Shown here: in pieces, positions 21,970 to 31,232 of the stretch
Layout: each line of letters starts with the position of its first letter
Position numbering within the stretch: the first letter of the stretch is position 1
Source of the DNA: Oleiharenicola lentus
GTDB taxonomy: Bacteria; Verrucomicrobiota; Verrucomicrobiia; Opitutales; Opitutaceae
Reading direction: 5' to 3'
NCBI RefSeq assembly: GCF_051660365.1
Contig: NZ_JBOZXB010000001.1
Span: 1,191,371-1,223,370 of the forward strand
Length of the DNA stretch: 32,000 bases
Notes under the pieces: model-generated
The model's input: the letters and a program-made list of their open reading frames with translations, nothing else
Database searches by the model: none
Told to the model about the DNA's origin: nothing
Program-made: the position numbers and the translations under genes

Positions 21970-23064
21970 TTAGACGGGAATCTGCTCCACAATTTCGAGG
22001 CCATAACCATCGAGCCCGACCACGCGGCGGGCCGCGTGCGACATCAGGCGGATTTTTTTCAAGCCGAGCGCCGTGAGGATTTGCGCGCCAATCCCATAAT
22101 CACGGAGGTTCGCCGGGCTCACGCCTTCGCCGGTTTTGCTTTGGCTGAGCAGCGCTTCCTGCATCCGCCCGTTCTGCTCCATATAAACGATGACGCCATG
22201 GCCGGCGTTCGCCACATGCGCCAGCGACGCCATCAACGAACGATGACTGCCCATGCCCGACGCATGGAATACATCGCTCAACAAATTCTCAGTATGCACG
22301 CGCACGAGTGTTGGCGACGCATCGAGTTTTCCCTTCGTGAACGCGAGGTGGTGACGGTTGTCCACCTTGCTGCGAAACACATGAAGATCGAACTCGCCGT
22401 ATTCCGAGGCAAACGGTCGCTGCGCGACGCACTCGATCAACTGTTCGCGCTGATGCCGGTATTCGATCAACGCCGAAATCGAAATCATCGGCACGTTGTG
22501 CTGACGCTTGAACTCCGCGAGCTCCGGCACGCGCGCCATCGAACCGTCATCGTTCAACACTTCGCAAATCACCGCGACCGGTTTCAACCCCGCGAGCGCC
22601 ACGATATCAATCGCTGCTTCAGTGTGACCCGCGCGTTCCAGCACGCCACCGGGCCGCGCACAAAGCGGGAAAATGTGCCCGGGCTGCACGAGTTCATCGG
22701 GGCGGGTCGCCGGATCCGCCAACAACTGCACCGTGCGCGCGCGATCAAAGGCGCTGATGCCCGTCGTGATCCCTTCCGATGCGTCCACCGAAACAGTAAA
22801 CGCTGTCCGGTGTGCTTCACGATTCTGCTGCACCATTGGATTGATGCCGAGGCGCTTCAGTTGCGGTTCCGTCATCGGCACGCAGATGAGTCCGCGGGCG
22901 TGCCGGATCATCATATTGATGAGTTCGGGCGTGGATTTTTCCGCCGCCATCACGAGGTCGCCCTCGTTCTCCCGTCCTTCATCGTCCGTGACAATAATGA
23001 TGCCGCCGGCCGCGATCGTCTGGATCGCGGTCTCGATGGAGTCAAAAGGTGCGTGTGCGGTCAT
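21970..23064 (-). CDS. ribBA: 3,4-dihydroxy-2-butanone-4-phosphate synthase fused to a degenerate GTP cyclohydrolase II-like domain (RibBX-type)
   Basis: N-terminal DHBPS motifs (VTDDEGRENEGDLVMAAE, GHIFPL, RAGHTEAAIDI). The C-terminal RibA-like domain retains RDYGIGAQIL but lacks the three Zn-binding Cys. Start at the in-frame ATG 23064. Confidence 0.9.
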   Translation of the reverse strand: MTAHAPFDSIETAIQTIAAGGIIIVTDDEGRENEGDLVMAAEKSTPELINMMIRHARGLICVPMTEPQLKRLGINPMVQQNREAHRTAFTVSVDASEGITTGISAFDRARTVQLLADPATRPDELVQPGHIFPLCARPGGVLERAGHTEAAIDIVALAGLKPVAVICEVLNDDGSMARVPELAEFKRQHNVPMISISALIEYRHQREQLIECVAQRPFASEYGEFDLHVFRSKVDNRHHLAFTKGKLDASPTLVRVHTENLLSDVFHASGMGSHRSLMASLAHVANAGHGVIVYMEQNGRMQEALLSQSKTGEGVSPANLRDYGIGAQILTALGLKKIRLMSHAARRVVGLDGYGLEIVEQIPV

Positions 23065-23119
23065 GGCGTGGGTCGGACAGCATTCGCGAGCCAATCGGCC
23101 CTGTCAAATCCACCGTGGG

Positions 23120-23548
23120 TCAGCCTTGAAACCGGACCGAATACGTCTCGCCTTCCTCGCCGTCCCCTTTGATGAGCACGAGGATCAGGGTAAACGCATA
23201 CGGCCCACGCACAAACTGCGCGCTTAAGAGCGATTTTCCGTCGTCAGCAGGGTTTAACACCGACCGATTCTGACCGGGTCCGTGGACATTAGGCCAACGG
23301 GCGACCGCGCGGGCGACATCCGGAGCCATCGCTTTCTTTTTAGCATCGTAGAAGCCGAGCTTAAATTTTCCCTCTTCGAGCGTGAGACTCAAAAACGTCC
23401 CGTTCGAGCGCGTGAGCACTTGCCCGGGGATTTTAGGTTCTTCGACTTTTTTCTCCACTGGCTTGGCGGTATTTTTCTTGGCTGGCACCTGCGCCTGAAG
23501 CGCCGCCGCAGAGCAAATCAGAGCCAGCAAAACCGTCAGGAGTTTCAT
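23120..23548 (-). CDS. Hypothetical exported protein (142 aa)
   Basis: Clear signal peptide (LLTVLLALICSAAALQAQ) and a Lys-rich linker. No family recognised. Sits directly upstream of ribBA on the same strand. Confidence 0.5.
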   Translation of the reverse strand: MKLLTVLLALICSAAALQAQVPAKKNTAKPVEKKVEEPKIPGQVLTRSNGTFLSLTLEEGKFKLGFYDAKKKAMAPDVARAVARWPNVHGPGQNRSVLNPADDGKSLLSAQFVRGPYAFTLILVLIKGDGEEGETYSVRFQG

Positions 23549-23593
23549 GGTGGCACCCTAGTCACGCCGGCGGACGGCGCAAGCCCCTGCTCG

Positions 23594-24946
23594 TTACGAG
23601 CGAGCTTTCGCACGTAATTCACTCCACCGCGCCAACCGGTCGGCGATTTTCGCTTCCCATCCCGCGGTCTTCGGCGTGTAGAGCTGCAACGGTTTTTCCA
23701 AGTAAGCTTGGCCTGAGATATTTTCCGGGAAGTCGTGAGAATAAAGATAACCTTTCCCGTGGTTGTTTGCTTTACTGGCTTTGCCACTCTTGTCGCGCAA
23801 GGGTAGCGGCACCGGTTGCACCGGCTTCTCAGCCAGCGCGCTCCTCGCTTCAGCCAGCGCGAGTGTGGCGGAATTGCTCTTGGGTGCTGTCGCGATGTAA
23901 AGCGTCGCGTGCGCCAGCGTGAGTTCAGCTTCGGGCAATCCGATAAAATCGCACGCGTGATGCGCCGCCACCGTGAGCGGCAACGCCTGCGGATCCGCAA
24001 GGCCGACATCCTCGCTCGCGAGAATCACGAGGCGGCGCGCGATAAAGCGCGGGTCTTCGCCCCCGACGAGCATTTTCGCGAGCCAATACATCGCCGCATC
24101 CGGGTCGCTGCCACGGCAGCTTTTAATGAAAGCCGAAATCGTATCGTAATGCTCGTCCTCGTCCGCGTCGTAGCGAATGCGGCGTTCGCGCGCGAAGATT
24201 TCCAGCTCGTTTTCTGTGAGCGCTGCTTTCTCGGGCAAGCTAAGCGCAATCACCTCCAGCGCGTTCAGCGCACGCCGCAAATCGCCGTCGCACAGCACCG
24301 CGAGATCAATGAGCACTTTATCTTCCGCGACGTGTTCACGCGCACCCAAACCACGCTCGACGTCGGTCAGCGCATGGCGCAACACGCCGGCCACATCTTC
24401 GGCCGCGAGCGGTTCCAACCGGAAGAGATGACTGCGGCTCAACAACGGCGGATTGATGTAGAAGCCGGGATTATGCGTCGTCGCACCAATCAAGCGCACC
24501 GTGCCAGATTCGACATCGGGCAACAGCAAGTCTTGTTGCGACTTGTTGAAACGATGCAGTTCGTCGATGAAAAGAATCGTGCCGGCAGCCGGTTGCCGGC
24601 GGGCCGCCGAGAGGATATCACGCAATTCCGCGACATTCGACATGACCGCGTTGATTCGCACAAAACGGCTCTTCGTTTCGCGCGCGATCACTTCGGCGAT
24701 ACTCGTCTTGCCGCAGCCGGGCGGGCCGTAAAACAAGAGACTGCCAAAACGATTCGTCGCGATGAGCCGCGGGAGCAGGCTGCCCTCCTTCACGATGTGT
24801 TTCTGCCCGGCAATTTCGGAGAGATTCCGCGGGCGCATCCGCGCCGCCAGCGGTTGATGGGCCGCAGGCACCTCCGGGGTGAGCGCGGCGGACTCCGGCG
24901 CGGGTTCGCCAAAAAGAGATGCGGTGTCGTCTGCGGAACGGGCCAT
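23594..24946 (-). CDS. rarA: Replication-associated recombination protein A (AAA+ ATPase)
   Basis: GPPGCGKTSIA Walker A, ILFIDELHRFNK Walker B, and the MgsA C-terminal region (HYDTISAFIKSCRGSDPDAAMYWLAKML). Confidence 0.95.
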   Translation of the reverse strand: MARSADDTASLFGEPAPESAALTPEVPAAHQPLAARMRPRNLSEIAGQKHIVKEGSLLPRLIATNRFGSLLFYGPPGCGKTSIAEVIARETKSRFVRINAVMSNVAELRDILSAARRQPAAGTILFIDELHRFNKSQQDLLLPDVESGTVRLIGATTHNPGFYINPPLLSRSHLFRLEPLAAEDVAGVLRHALTDVERGLGAREHVAEDKVLIDLAVLCDGDLRRALNALEVIALSLPEKAALTENELEIFARERRIRYDADEDEHYDTISAFIKSCRGSDPDAAMYWLAKMLVGGEDPRFIARRLVILASEDVGLADPQALPLTVAAHHACDFIGLPEAELTLAHATLYIATAPKSNSATLALAEARSALAEKPVQPVPLPLRDKSGKASKANNHGKGYLYSHDFPENISGQAYLEKPLQLYTPKTAGWEAKIADRLARWSELRAKARS

Positions 24947-25051
24947 CGAAACCCACAGTGTTCAGCACGTGCCGAGAAACAAGTTTGAAGGCACCCGCCA
25001 AACCTGTTCGTTTCGCGCTCTGCTGCGCTTGGGCCAGGGCTGCCGCTTTTA

Positions 25052-26710
25052 ATGCCTTCGCCTTCCACGCATCTCCGCGCGCCGCTACTTTGGATTTTAA
25101 TCCCGTTTTCGACCGGCTTGGTCGCGGCCAAACTCTGGCCTGCTCCCGCAAGCGGCGTTAGCTGGCTCATCGCACTCGCCGCCGTGCTTGCGTTAGGTGC
25201 CATTGCGAGTGGCTTTCGTCGTGGCAAGCGGGGCTTCGCATCATGGGCGATCTGCGTCAGCGGCGCGGCCGGCCTGGCCGGTTTTGCCATGCTCCACCTA
25301 CGACACCCGCACTTGCACTCCGTCGATCAACGCCCGCCACGTGAAATCACCCTCACCGTGCAAGTGTTTCACGTTTTCCCGATCGCGCCCAAAGCGCGCA
25401 GCCTCACCGGGCTCGCCGAAGTCGTCGCGACCAGCGAAGGCGAGCATGCGCTGCTTGGCCGGCACGTTTACTTCTCCGCCGTCCGTCGCATCAGCGTGGC
25501 GCCGCAACCTTCCGGGCGCTATGTGATGACGGGCGTGATTGAGCCGCTGGCAAAAAATGCCCGCGGCGACGGTTTCGAGGTTTATCTGGACAATCTCGGC
25601 ATCAGCCACCGCCTGATCCGCGCGCACATTTCGAAACAAACGCAGCCGCCCACCCGCTTTCGCGCGTTCTGCACTCTTGCCCGCGATCGGCTCGAAAAAA
25701 TCCTGAGTCACGGCATCGAAGCACATCCGCAAACCCGATCGCTCTATCTCGCCATCCTGCTCGGCGAAAAAGCCGTGCTCTCGCCGGAGCAGGAAAATGC
25801 CTTCATGCGCAGCGGGACGTTTCACATTTTTTCAATCAGCGGATTGCACGTGGGGGTCATCTCACTGGCGCTGCACGGGCTCCTGCAATTTTTGCGCGTG
25901 CCGCGCCGCATCGCCGTGGCGCTGAATCTCACGCTGCTCTGGTTGTATGTGCAGATCACTGGGGGAAGTTCGCCGGCGGAGCGATCGTTTTTGATGATCG
26001 CGTTTTTGCTCGCGGCGCAAGTGTTTCGCCTGCCGGGCAAAGGACTCGCAGCGTTGGTGGCGGCCGCGCTCACGACACTACTGCTCGATCCGCTGCAGCT
26101 TTTTAACACGGGCTTCCAAATGTCTTACACGGTCGTGATCGCGCTGGTGGTGATGGGCGTGCCGCTGGCGGAAAAATGGCTGGAGCAGTGGCAGCCGTTT
26201 TCTTTCCTGCCGAAACAAAATTGGAACTGGCGGCAACGCGGAGTCGAATGGTTCGGCCGGTATCTATTGCCGACGATCGCCGCATCCTGGGTCGCTTTTC
26301 TCGCGAGCGCTCCAGCGGGGATCGGTTACTTCAAGATGCTTTCGCCGGGATCGCTCGTTGCGAATCTCGTGATCATCCCGCTTTCCTCCCTGGCGATGAT
26401 TGCGGGGTTTATTTCGCTGCTCACGGGGTTGCTCGGATTGGTGTCGCTGAGCGTTTTGTTCAACTCAGCGGCTACCGTGACGTTGATTGTCACGGAATGG
26501 TTGGTGCGCCACGGCACGGCGGTTCGTGGCGTGTATTTTGATGCCGATTTCAAAGCACCTTGGCTGACGCCCGCTTCTCTCGTGGCGATGATTGGCATCA
26601 TGCTCCTGTGCCTCGCGGGGGGCTGGCAACGGCGTTACGGCGGTTACTGGCCACCGGTGGTCATGCTGGTGCTCATCGTGATTTTTAGCGTGAAGTTCGG
26701 CTCCAGCTGA
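25052..26710 (+). CDS. comEC: ComEC/Rec2-family membrane protein without a metallo-beta-lactamase domain
   Basis: FMRSGTFHIFSISGLHVGVI competence-domain signature, many TM helices and an N-terminal OB-like region. At 552 aa it is too short to include the C-terminal nuclease domain. Confidence 0.8.
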   Translation: MPSPSTHLRAPLLWILIPFSTGLVAAKLWPAPASGVSWLIALAAVLALGAIASGFRRGKRGFASWAICVSGAAGLAGFAMLHLRHPHLHSVDQRPPREITLTVQVFHVFPIAPKARSLTGLAEVVATSEGEHALLGRHVYFSAVRRISVAPQPSGRYVMTGVIEPLAKNARGDGFEVYLDNLGISHRLIRAHISKQTQPPTRFRAFCTLARDRLEKILSHGIEAHPQTRSLYLAILLGEKAVLSPEQENAFMRSGTFHIFSISGLHVGVISLALHGLLQFLRVPRRIAVALNLTLLWLYVQITGGSSPAERSFLMIAFLLAAQVFRLPGKGLAALVAAALTTLLLDPLQLFNTGFQMSYTVVIALVVMGVPLAEKWLEQWQPFSFLPKQNWNWRQRGVEWFGRYLLPTIAASWVAFLASAPAGIGYFKMLSPGSLVANLVIIPLSSLAMIAGFISLLTGLLGLVSLSVLFNSAATVTLIVTEWLVRHGTAVRGVYFDADFKAPWLTPASLVAMIGIMLLCLAGGWQRRYGGYWPPVVMLVLIVIFSVKFGSS

Positions 26711-26723
26711 CAATCCTCGTTCC

Positions 26724-27002
<279 letters not shown>

Positions 27003-27011
27003 TCGGACACT

Positions 27012-27791
27012 TTATCGCGTAAACCGAAACTCTGCCGCGAGCGCGTGGTGATCAGACGCCGGCGTGGGCTTCACATACCACTCGATCGGATTTAGCCACT
27101 CGTTGTAGAAGATGTGATCGAGGACGTAGGGACGACGACGCCACGTCGGCTGTGTGGATTGCACGGTCTGGTAACCGGCGCTCGCAAATTGCTGCACCAG
27201 CGACTGGTGCCGGCTGACGTTGAAATCCCCCGTGAGCAACGTCGGCATGTGGCGGCTCTCGCGCAACTCGGCTTCCACCAGATCGCGCTGGCCGCGGTGT
27301 TCTTCGCTCGTCGTGTTGAGCATGAAAAACGCCAGCAAGTGCGTATTGAGAATTCGCACGTCGCGTCCGTAAAGCGTGGTGGTGGCCGCGATCAGCAAAC
27401 GGTCCGTTGGTGTTTTCTTGTCCCCAAAGAAATCGAATTCGACCGGCGGCGAAGGCAAGTTGACGAACTTGTGATCACGCAACGGCGTGCGCGAGAAAAT
27501 CGCCAACCCGATACCAAACGGCAACTCGCGCTCATCCGGTTTCGGGTAGGAAAAGACGCTGTCGTAGTTGCTGAACTCCTGACGAAGCCGCGTGTAATGC
27601 GGCGGAGGTTCGGCCTGTTTGCCGCCCGACTCGGTCTGTTCGACTTCCTGCAGGACGATAATATCGGCGTCATGCGAACGGATTTCTTCCACCGTCATCG
27701 CGAGTCGAATCGGCGCGTGGTCGGGATACGCGTCGTCCCACATCTGGCCATACTGCATGTTGAACTGCAGAATTTTGAAACGCGCGTTCAT
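27012..27791 (-). CDS. Endonuclease/exonuclease/phosphatase (EEP) family protein
   Basis: FKILQFNMQYG, DIIVLQEV, GDFN and SDHHAL motifs match EEP catalytic residues. Confidence 0.8.
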   Translation of the reverse strand: MNARFKILQFNMQYGQMWDDAYPDHAPIRLAMTVEEIRSHDADIIVLQEVEQTESGGKQAEPPPHYTRLRQEFSNYDSVFSYPKPDERELPFGIGLAIFSRTPLRDHKFVNLPSPPVEFDFFGDKKTPTDRLLIAATTTLYGRDVRILNTHLLAFFMLNTTSEEHRGQRDLVEAELRESRHMPTLLTGDFNVSRHQSLVQQFASAGYQTVQSTQPTWRRRPYVLDHIFYNEWLNPIEWYVKPTPASDHHALAAEFRFTR

Positions 27792-27794
27792 GGA

Positions 27795-28130
27795 TCAGCG
27801 GTTGCCTCCCGCGCGACTGACTGGAGCCGCTTTTAACGCGGACGGCGCTTCCTTGGTTTTTTGAAAAGTGATCCCGCTCAGTTCAACATCAGCGGCGACT
27901 CGCGAAATGGGGGCGATCTTTTGAACCTTAACTTCTTTCCACGAGCTGCGCTGGGGCCATTGCGTGGCGGCGGAAGGCTTAATCACTTTGGCTTTTGTGA
28001 GTGCCGACGTCGCGGCCGGTTGAAACAAGGAATTTTTTTGCGCCGGATCCAGCGGTGCCGCGATGGCAGTCACTGCTCCGACCAAAATAACCAGAACGCT
28101 GATTTTTGCTCGGCAAAACATACGGGGCAC
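27795..28130 (-). CDS. Hypothetical exported protein (111 aa)
   Basis: Hydrophobic N-terminal segment (ISVLVILVGAVTAIAAP). Lies 3 nt upstream of the EEP gene. No family recognised. Confidence 0.4.
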   Translation of the reverse strand: MPRMFCRAKISVLVILVGAVTAIAAPLDPAQKNSLFQPAATSALTKAKVIKPSAATQWPQRSSWKEVKVQKIAPISRVAADVELSGITFQKTKEAPSALKAAPVSRAGGNR

Positions 28131-28170
28131 CGTGAGCGGATGTTCGTTTTAGCCGAAAATAGCGGCAAGA

Positions 28171-29517
28171 CTATTCTGGCTCAGCAGTGCCTTCGACGAC
28201 CCATTCCTGCGCCTCGGGCACGCTTTTGAAAAACTCCCGCAATACCGCGCTTAAATGCTCCGCATAGCGATAATGCGCGCCCATGCCCGTGCGCAACTCG
28301 GCTTCGTAAATGAACTTGTCGGCGTGCGTGCTGTGCTCGAAGGGGGTCTGCGCGCCGAGCAACATCGTGTAAACATACGCCGCCGAACCGCGTTTCATCA
28401 ACTCGCGGGTCAACTCCGCTTGTTCGTCGAGCAGCGCCTGATGCTCCGCGTGCTGAATCTCCGGCGGCAGATAAAAGCCCGCTTGAATCATCGGGGTATA
28501 ACGATGGCCCGTGCGGTGACGGTTCAAATCACGCAGCTCGGCCACGGCCATGTTGTTCCACGCAAACGTTACGCGCATACGGCGGGTCGCAGTGCCTTGG
28601 TATCCGTAACGATTCGCGCGGTGCCGCAGCGCTTCAGCGACTGGTTGCGCATCCTGCAGCCAAGGTGGCAGATCGCGGTCAACTTTGACCCACACTTCAT
28701 CAGCCAGCGGCTTGGTCGAAAGACGCTCCAGTCCTAATTGCAGGCTCGTCGCGAGTTCTTGTTGCGCCTGCATTTGGTAAGATTTTTCCGCGAAACTATG
28801 CCGCATCAAACGCGGTGACTGTTTCATCAATTCGTCGCGAATCAACTTCGCCGCTTGCGACGCTTCCGGCATGCCGAGCGAATCGAGCTGTTTCACCGTC
28901 GTCGCCCACATGCGCGAACTTTGGACGAGACCGAGATTCGTGCGCGTCGCGAGCGGAATGAAATAGCGCGCGCGATCGAGCGCGTAGTTTTTGCGCAGAC
29001 GCGTGACGACGGCAGGCTTGGCGTCCTTTGGCAGGCGCACGAGATTGGGATTCGCTACCGCCGCCGTATCGAGGCGCCAGTATTCCGCGTTATACGCGGC
29101 AAACGATTTCGCCATCAGGTCCGTCCAACGCGCGGCGAGATCTTCGGGGATGCCGAGTTCGTCCGCGGTCGGCAGATTCGTCGCCGCCATCGTGATGTAG
29201 CGCGTGCTCGATTCCTGCCCGTCGGCCATCTGCGCGATTTCGAAAATTTTATAGGCCAGCCACATCGACACATCGTCGAGGGCAATCGCGAGTCCGCCCG
29301 TCAGCCCGCCGATCGACGCATGCCCGTAATCGACAAACTTCAGGATTCGGTCAATCGACTCGTCGGGATTGGCGATATCCACCTTCTCAAGAATCTTGCC
29401 GATGCCATCGTTGCTGCGCGAGTAACGCGCCAGCACCGACGCAAGTAACTCGGGCGTTACTTTGGGTAAATCCGCCGCCGAGGGAGGCGGCACAATGGCA
29501 AGTCCGGTAACCTTCAT
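28171..29517 (-). CDS. thyX: ThyX (Thy1)-family FAD-dependent thymidylate synthase-like protein, long two-domain form
   Basis: The N-terminal half has ARYSRS, GHASIGG and QESSTRY (ThyX S-x-R-Y element). The C-terminal half has NRHRTGHRY (RHR element). Start at ATG 29517 is preferred over the upstream TTG 29571. Confidence 0.6.
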   Translation of the reverse strand: MKVTGLAIVPPPSAADLPKVTPELLASVLARYSRSNDGIGKILEKVDIANPDESIDRILKFVDYGHASIGGLTGGLAIALDDVSMWLAYKIFEIAQMADGQESSTRYITMAATNLPTADELGIPEDLAARWTDLMAKSFAAYNAEYWRLDTAAVANPNLVRLPKDAKPAVVTRLRKNYALDRARYFIPLATRTNLGLVQSSRMWATTVKQLDSLGMPEASQAAKLIRDELMKQSPRLMRHSFAEKSYQMQAQQELATSLQLGLERLSTKPLADEVWVKVDRDLPPWLQDAQPVAEALRHRANRYGYQGTATRRMRVTFAWNNMAVAELRDLNRHRTGHRYTPMIQAGFYLPPEIQHAEHQALLDEQAELTRELMKRGSAAYVYTMLLGAQTPFEHSTHADKFIYEAELRTGMGAHYRYAEHLSAVLREFFKSVPEAQEWVVEGTAEPE

Positions 29518-29708
29518 GCGTGGCCACAGACGAAACACTTTACCGAACTGACGCGAAGAAAATAAACCCAACGAACGGATGTTTAATTTTCGCGGCCGAA
29601 AGGCGGGTTCGATTATCTCTAACCAACCTGTCGGACGCGCGACTCCGTTCCCAGTGAATGCAAATCCCAGAGAGCTGTTAAAGACAACGATCCTTACTCG
29701 CTAAATCC

Positions 29709-31232
29709 TTACCGCAACAACCACGCGCTCAGCGGAGCCTGGTAGAAACCGAGCAAGACCGTCGCCAGCGCGAGCACGGTCAGCGTGAAGGCGCCGATCA
29801 ACGAAGGCTTGGTTACGACACGTTCGATGGGCTGGCTTTCGGTCGTCGCATGCGTCGGGCGCCACGTTTCGAAGTAAGCTGCCTTAATCCAACCGAAGTA
29901 GTAGTAGATCGAAACAATTACCCCGCCAATCGCCACGGCGAGCAGGCAGTAGAGATGGGCCTGAAATGCCGCGACGAACAACAGCAGCTTGCCCATAAAA
30001 CCAGCCAGCGGCGGGATGCCCGCGAGCGAACCCACACCCACCGCGAGGACTCCACCGAGGAACGGATGCTTCTTCGCGAGACCTTCGTAATGGTCGAGTT
30101 CCTGGTCGGCGTCGTTGTCGCCCGCGACATAAGCCATCACGCCAAACACCGCCATGGAGGCCAGCATGTAGGTGAAAAGATAAAACCACACCGCGCCCGC
30201 CGCCCAATCGACCGTGAGCGCCGCAATCACGCCGAGCAGCAGGTAGCCCGCGTGGGTCACGCCTGACAGGCCCATGAGGCGCTTGGCGTTGCGCTGGGTG
30301 AGCGCAGACAGGTTACCAAAAATAATCGAGGCTCCCGCGAGCAGCGAAAGCACCGGCACGAGCACCGCTTGCAACGGTGCAAACACCGCAAGCACGAGCA
30401 CCATCAGCATCCCGAAACCCGCCGCTTTCGAAGACACCGCAAGAAACGCCGTCACGGGAGTCGGAGCCCCTTGATAAACGTCGGGAATCCATACGTGAAA
30501 TGGGAACGCGCCGATCTTGAATGCGACGCCACCGATCACCAGCAGCGCACCCGCGAGGCCGAGGAAACTATCAGGGTTGTTCGCGAGGAACTCGGCGACA
30601 ATCGGAAACTCAAAACCGGTGTGCACGACGCCGTTGATGACGACTTTGCCGACCGCGCCGTAAAGCAGCACGATGCCGAACAACATGATCGCCGAGCTGA
30701 GCGCGCCGAGCACGAGGTATTTCAAACCGGCTTCGAGCGTAAGCGCGCTGTCGCGGAAATAACTCACGAGAATATAGAAACCAATCGTCACCGTCTCGAG
30801 CGCCACGAACAGCATGACGAAGTGGTTGCTCTCAAGGAGTAGCATCATCGCCGCCGTCACCACCATGATCAGGTGATAAAACTCCACCCGTGGCATCCGC
30901 GAACGCGGCAGGCAAATCATCGCGAGGAACGTCACAAGAATCGACGACACCAGAAAGAACACGCGACCGACCTGGCTGACATTCGAGAGCACGATCAATC
31001 CACCGAACAACGGCTGATCCTGCCACGCCGTGTCCAAGTTTAGCAAAACCGACGCCAGCACAGCCAGTTGAGCCGAGAGCGCGAAGATCGGAATCAGACG
31101 GTGCTGATTCTTCGGCATGACTACTTCCATCACCAGCAGCATGAGGGCGGCGCAGCCCAGAATCATCTCCGGGCCGATTGCCCACCACTGATTCGATTCA
31201 GCGACAGCTTTGAGGTATTCGGTCGTCATCAT
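29709..31232 (-). CDS. nuoN: NADH-quinone oxidoreductase subunit N
   Basis: Large polytopic membrane protein (507 aa) with the NuoN/ND2 pattern (LKYLVLGALSSAIMLFG..., FKIGAFPFHVWIPDVYQGAPTPVTAF). ATGA overlap with the upstream nuoM. Confidence 0.9.
   Translation of the reverse strand: MMTTEYLKAVAESNQWWAIGPEMILGCAALMLLVMEVVMPKNQHRLIPIFALSAQLAVLASVLLNLDTAWQDQPLFGGLIVLSNVSQVGRVFFLVSSILVTFLAMICLPRSRMPRVEFYHLIMVVTAAMMLLLESNHFVMLFVALETVTIGFYILVSYFRDSALTLEAGLKYLVLGALSSAIMLFGIVLLYGAVGKVVINGVVHTGFEFPIVAEFLANNPDSFLGLAGALLVIGGVAFKIGAFPFHVWIPDVYQGAPTPVTAFLAVSSKAAGFGMLMVLVLAVFAPLQAVLVPVLSLLAGASIIFGNLSALTQRNAKRLMGLSGVTHAGYLLLGVIAALTVDWAAGAVWFYLFTYMLASMAVFGVMAYVAGDNDADQELDHYEGLAKKHPFLGGVLAVGVGSLAGIPPLAGFMGKLLLFVAAFQAHLYCLLAVAIGGVIVSIYYYFGWIKAAYFETWRPTHATTESQPIERVVTKPSLIGAFTLTVLALATVLLGFYQAPLSAWLLR

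Noticed and set aside
23065-23593. FMN (RFN) riboswitch upstream of the rib genes
   Set aside because: Only 55 nt separate ribBA from the upstream exported-protein gene, and only 45 nt lie upstream of that gene. No RFN-like conserved core was visible, and there is not enough non-coding space for an element of about 140 nt.
21946-24988. Plus-strand ORFs of 408 aa (21946-23172) and 390 aa (23816-24988)
   Set aside because: They are antisense shadows of ribBA and rarA, whose translations carry textbook motifs. The plus-strand translations are Arg/His-rich with no motifs.
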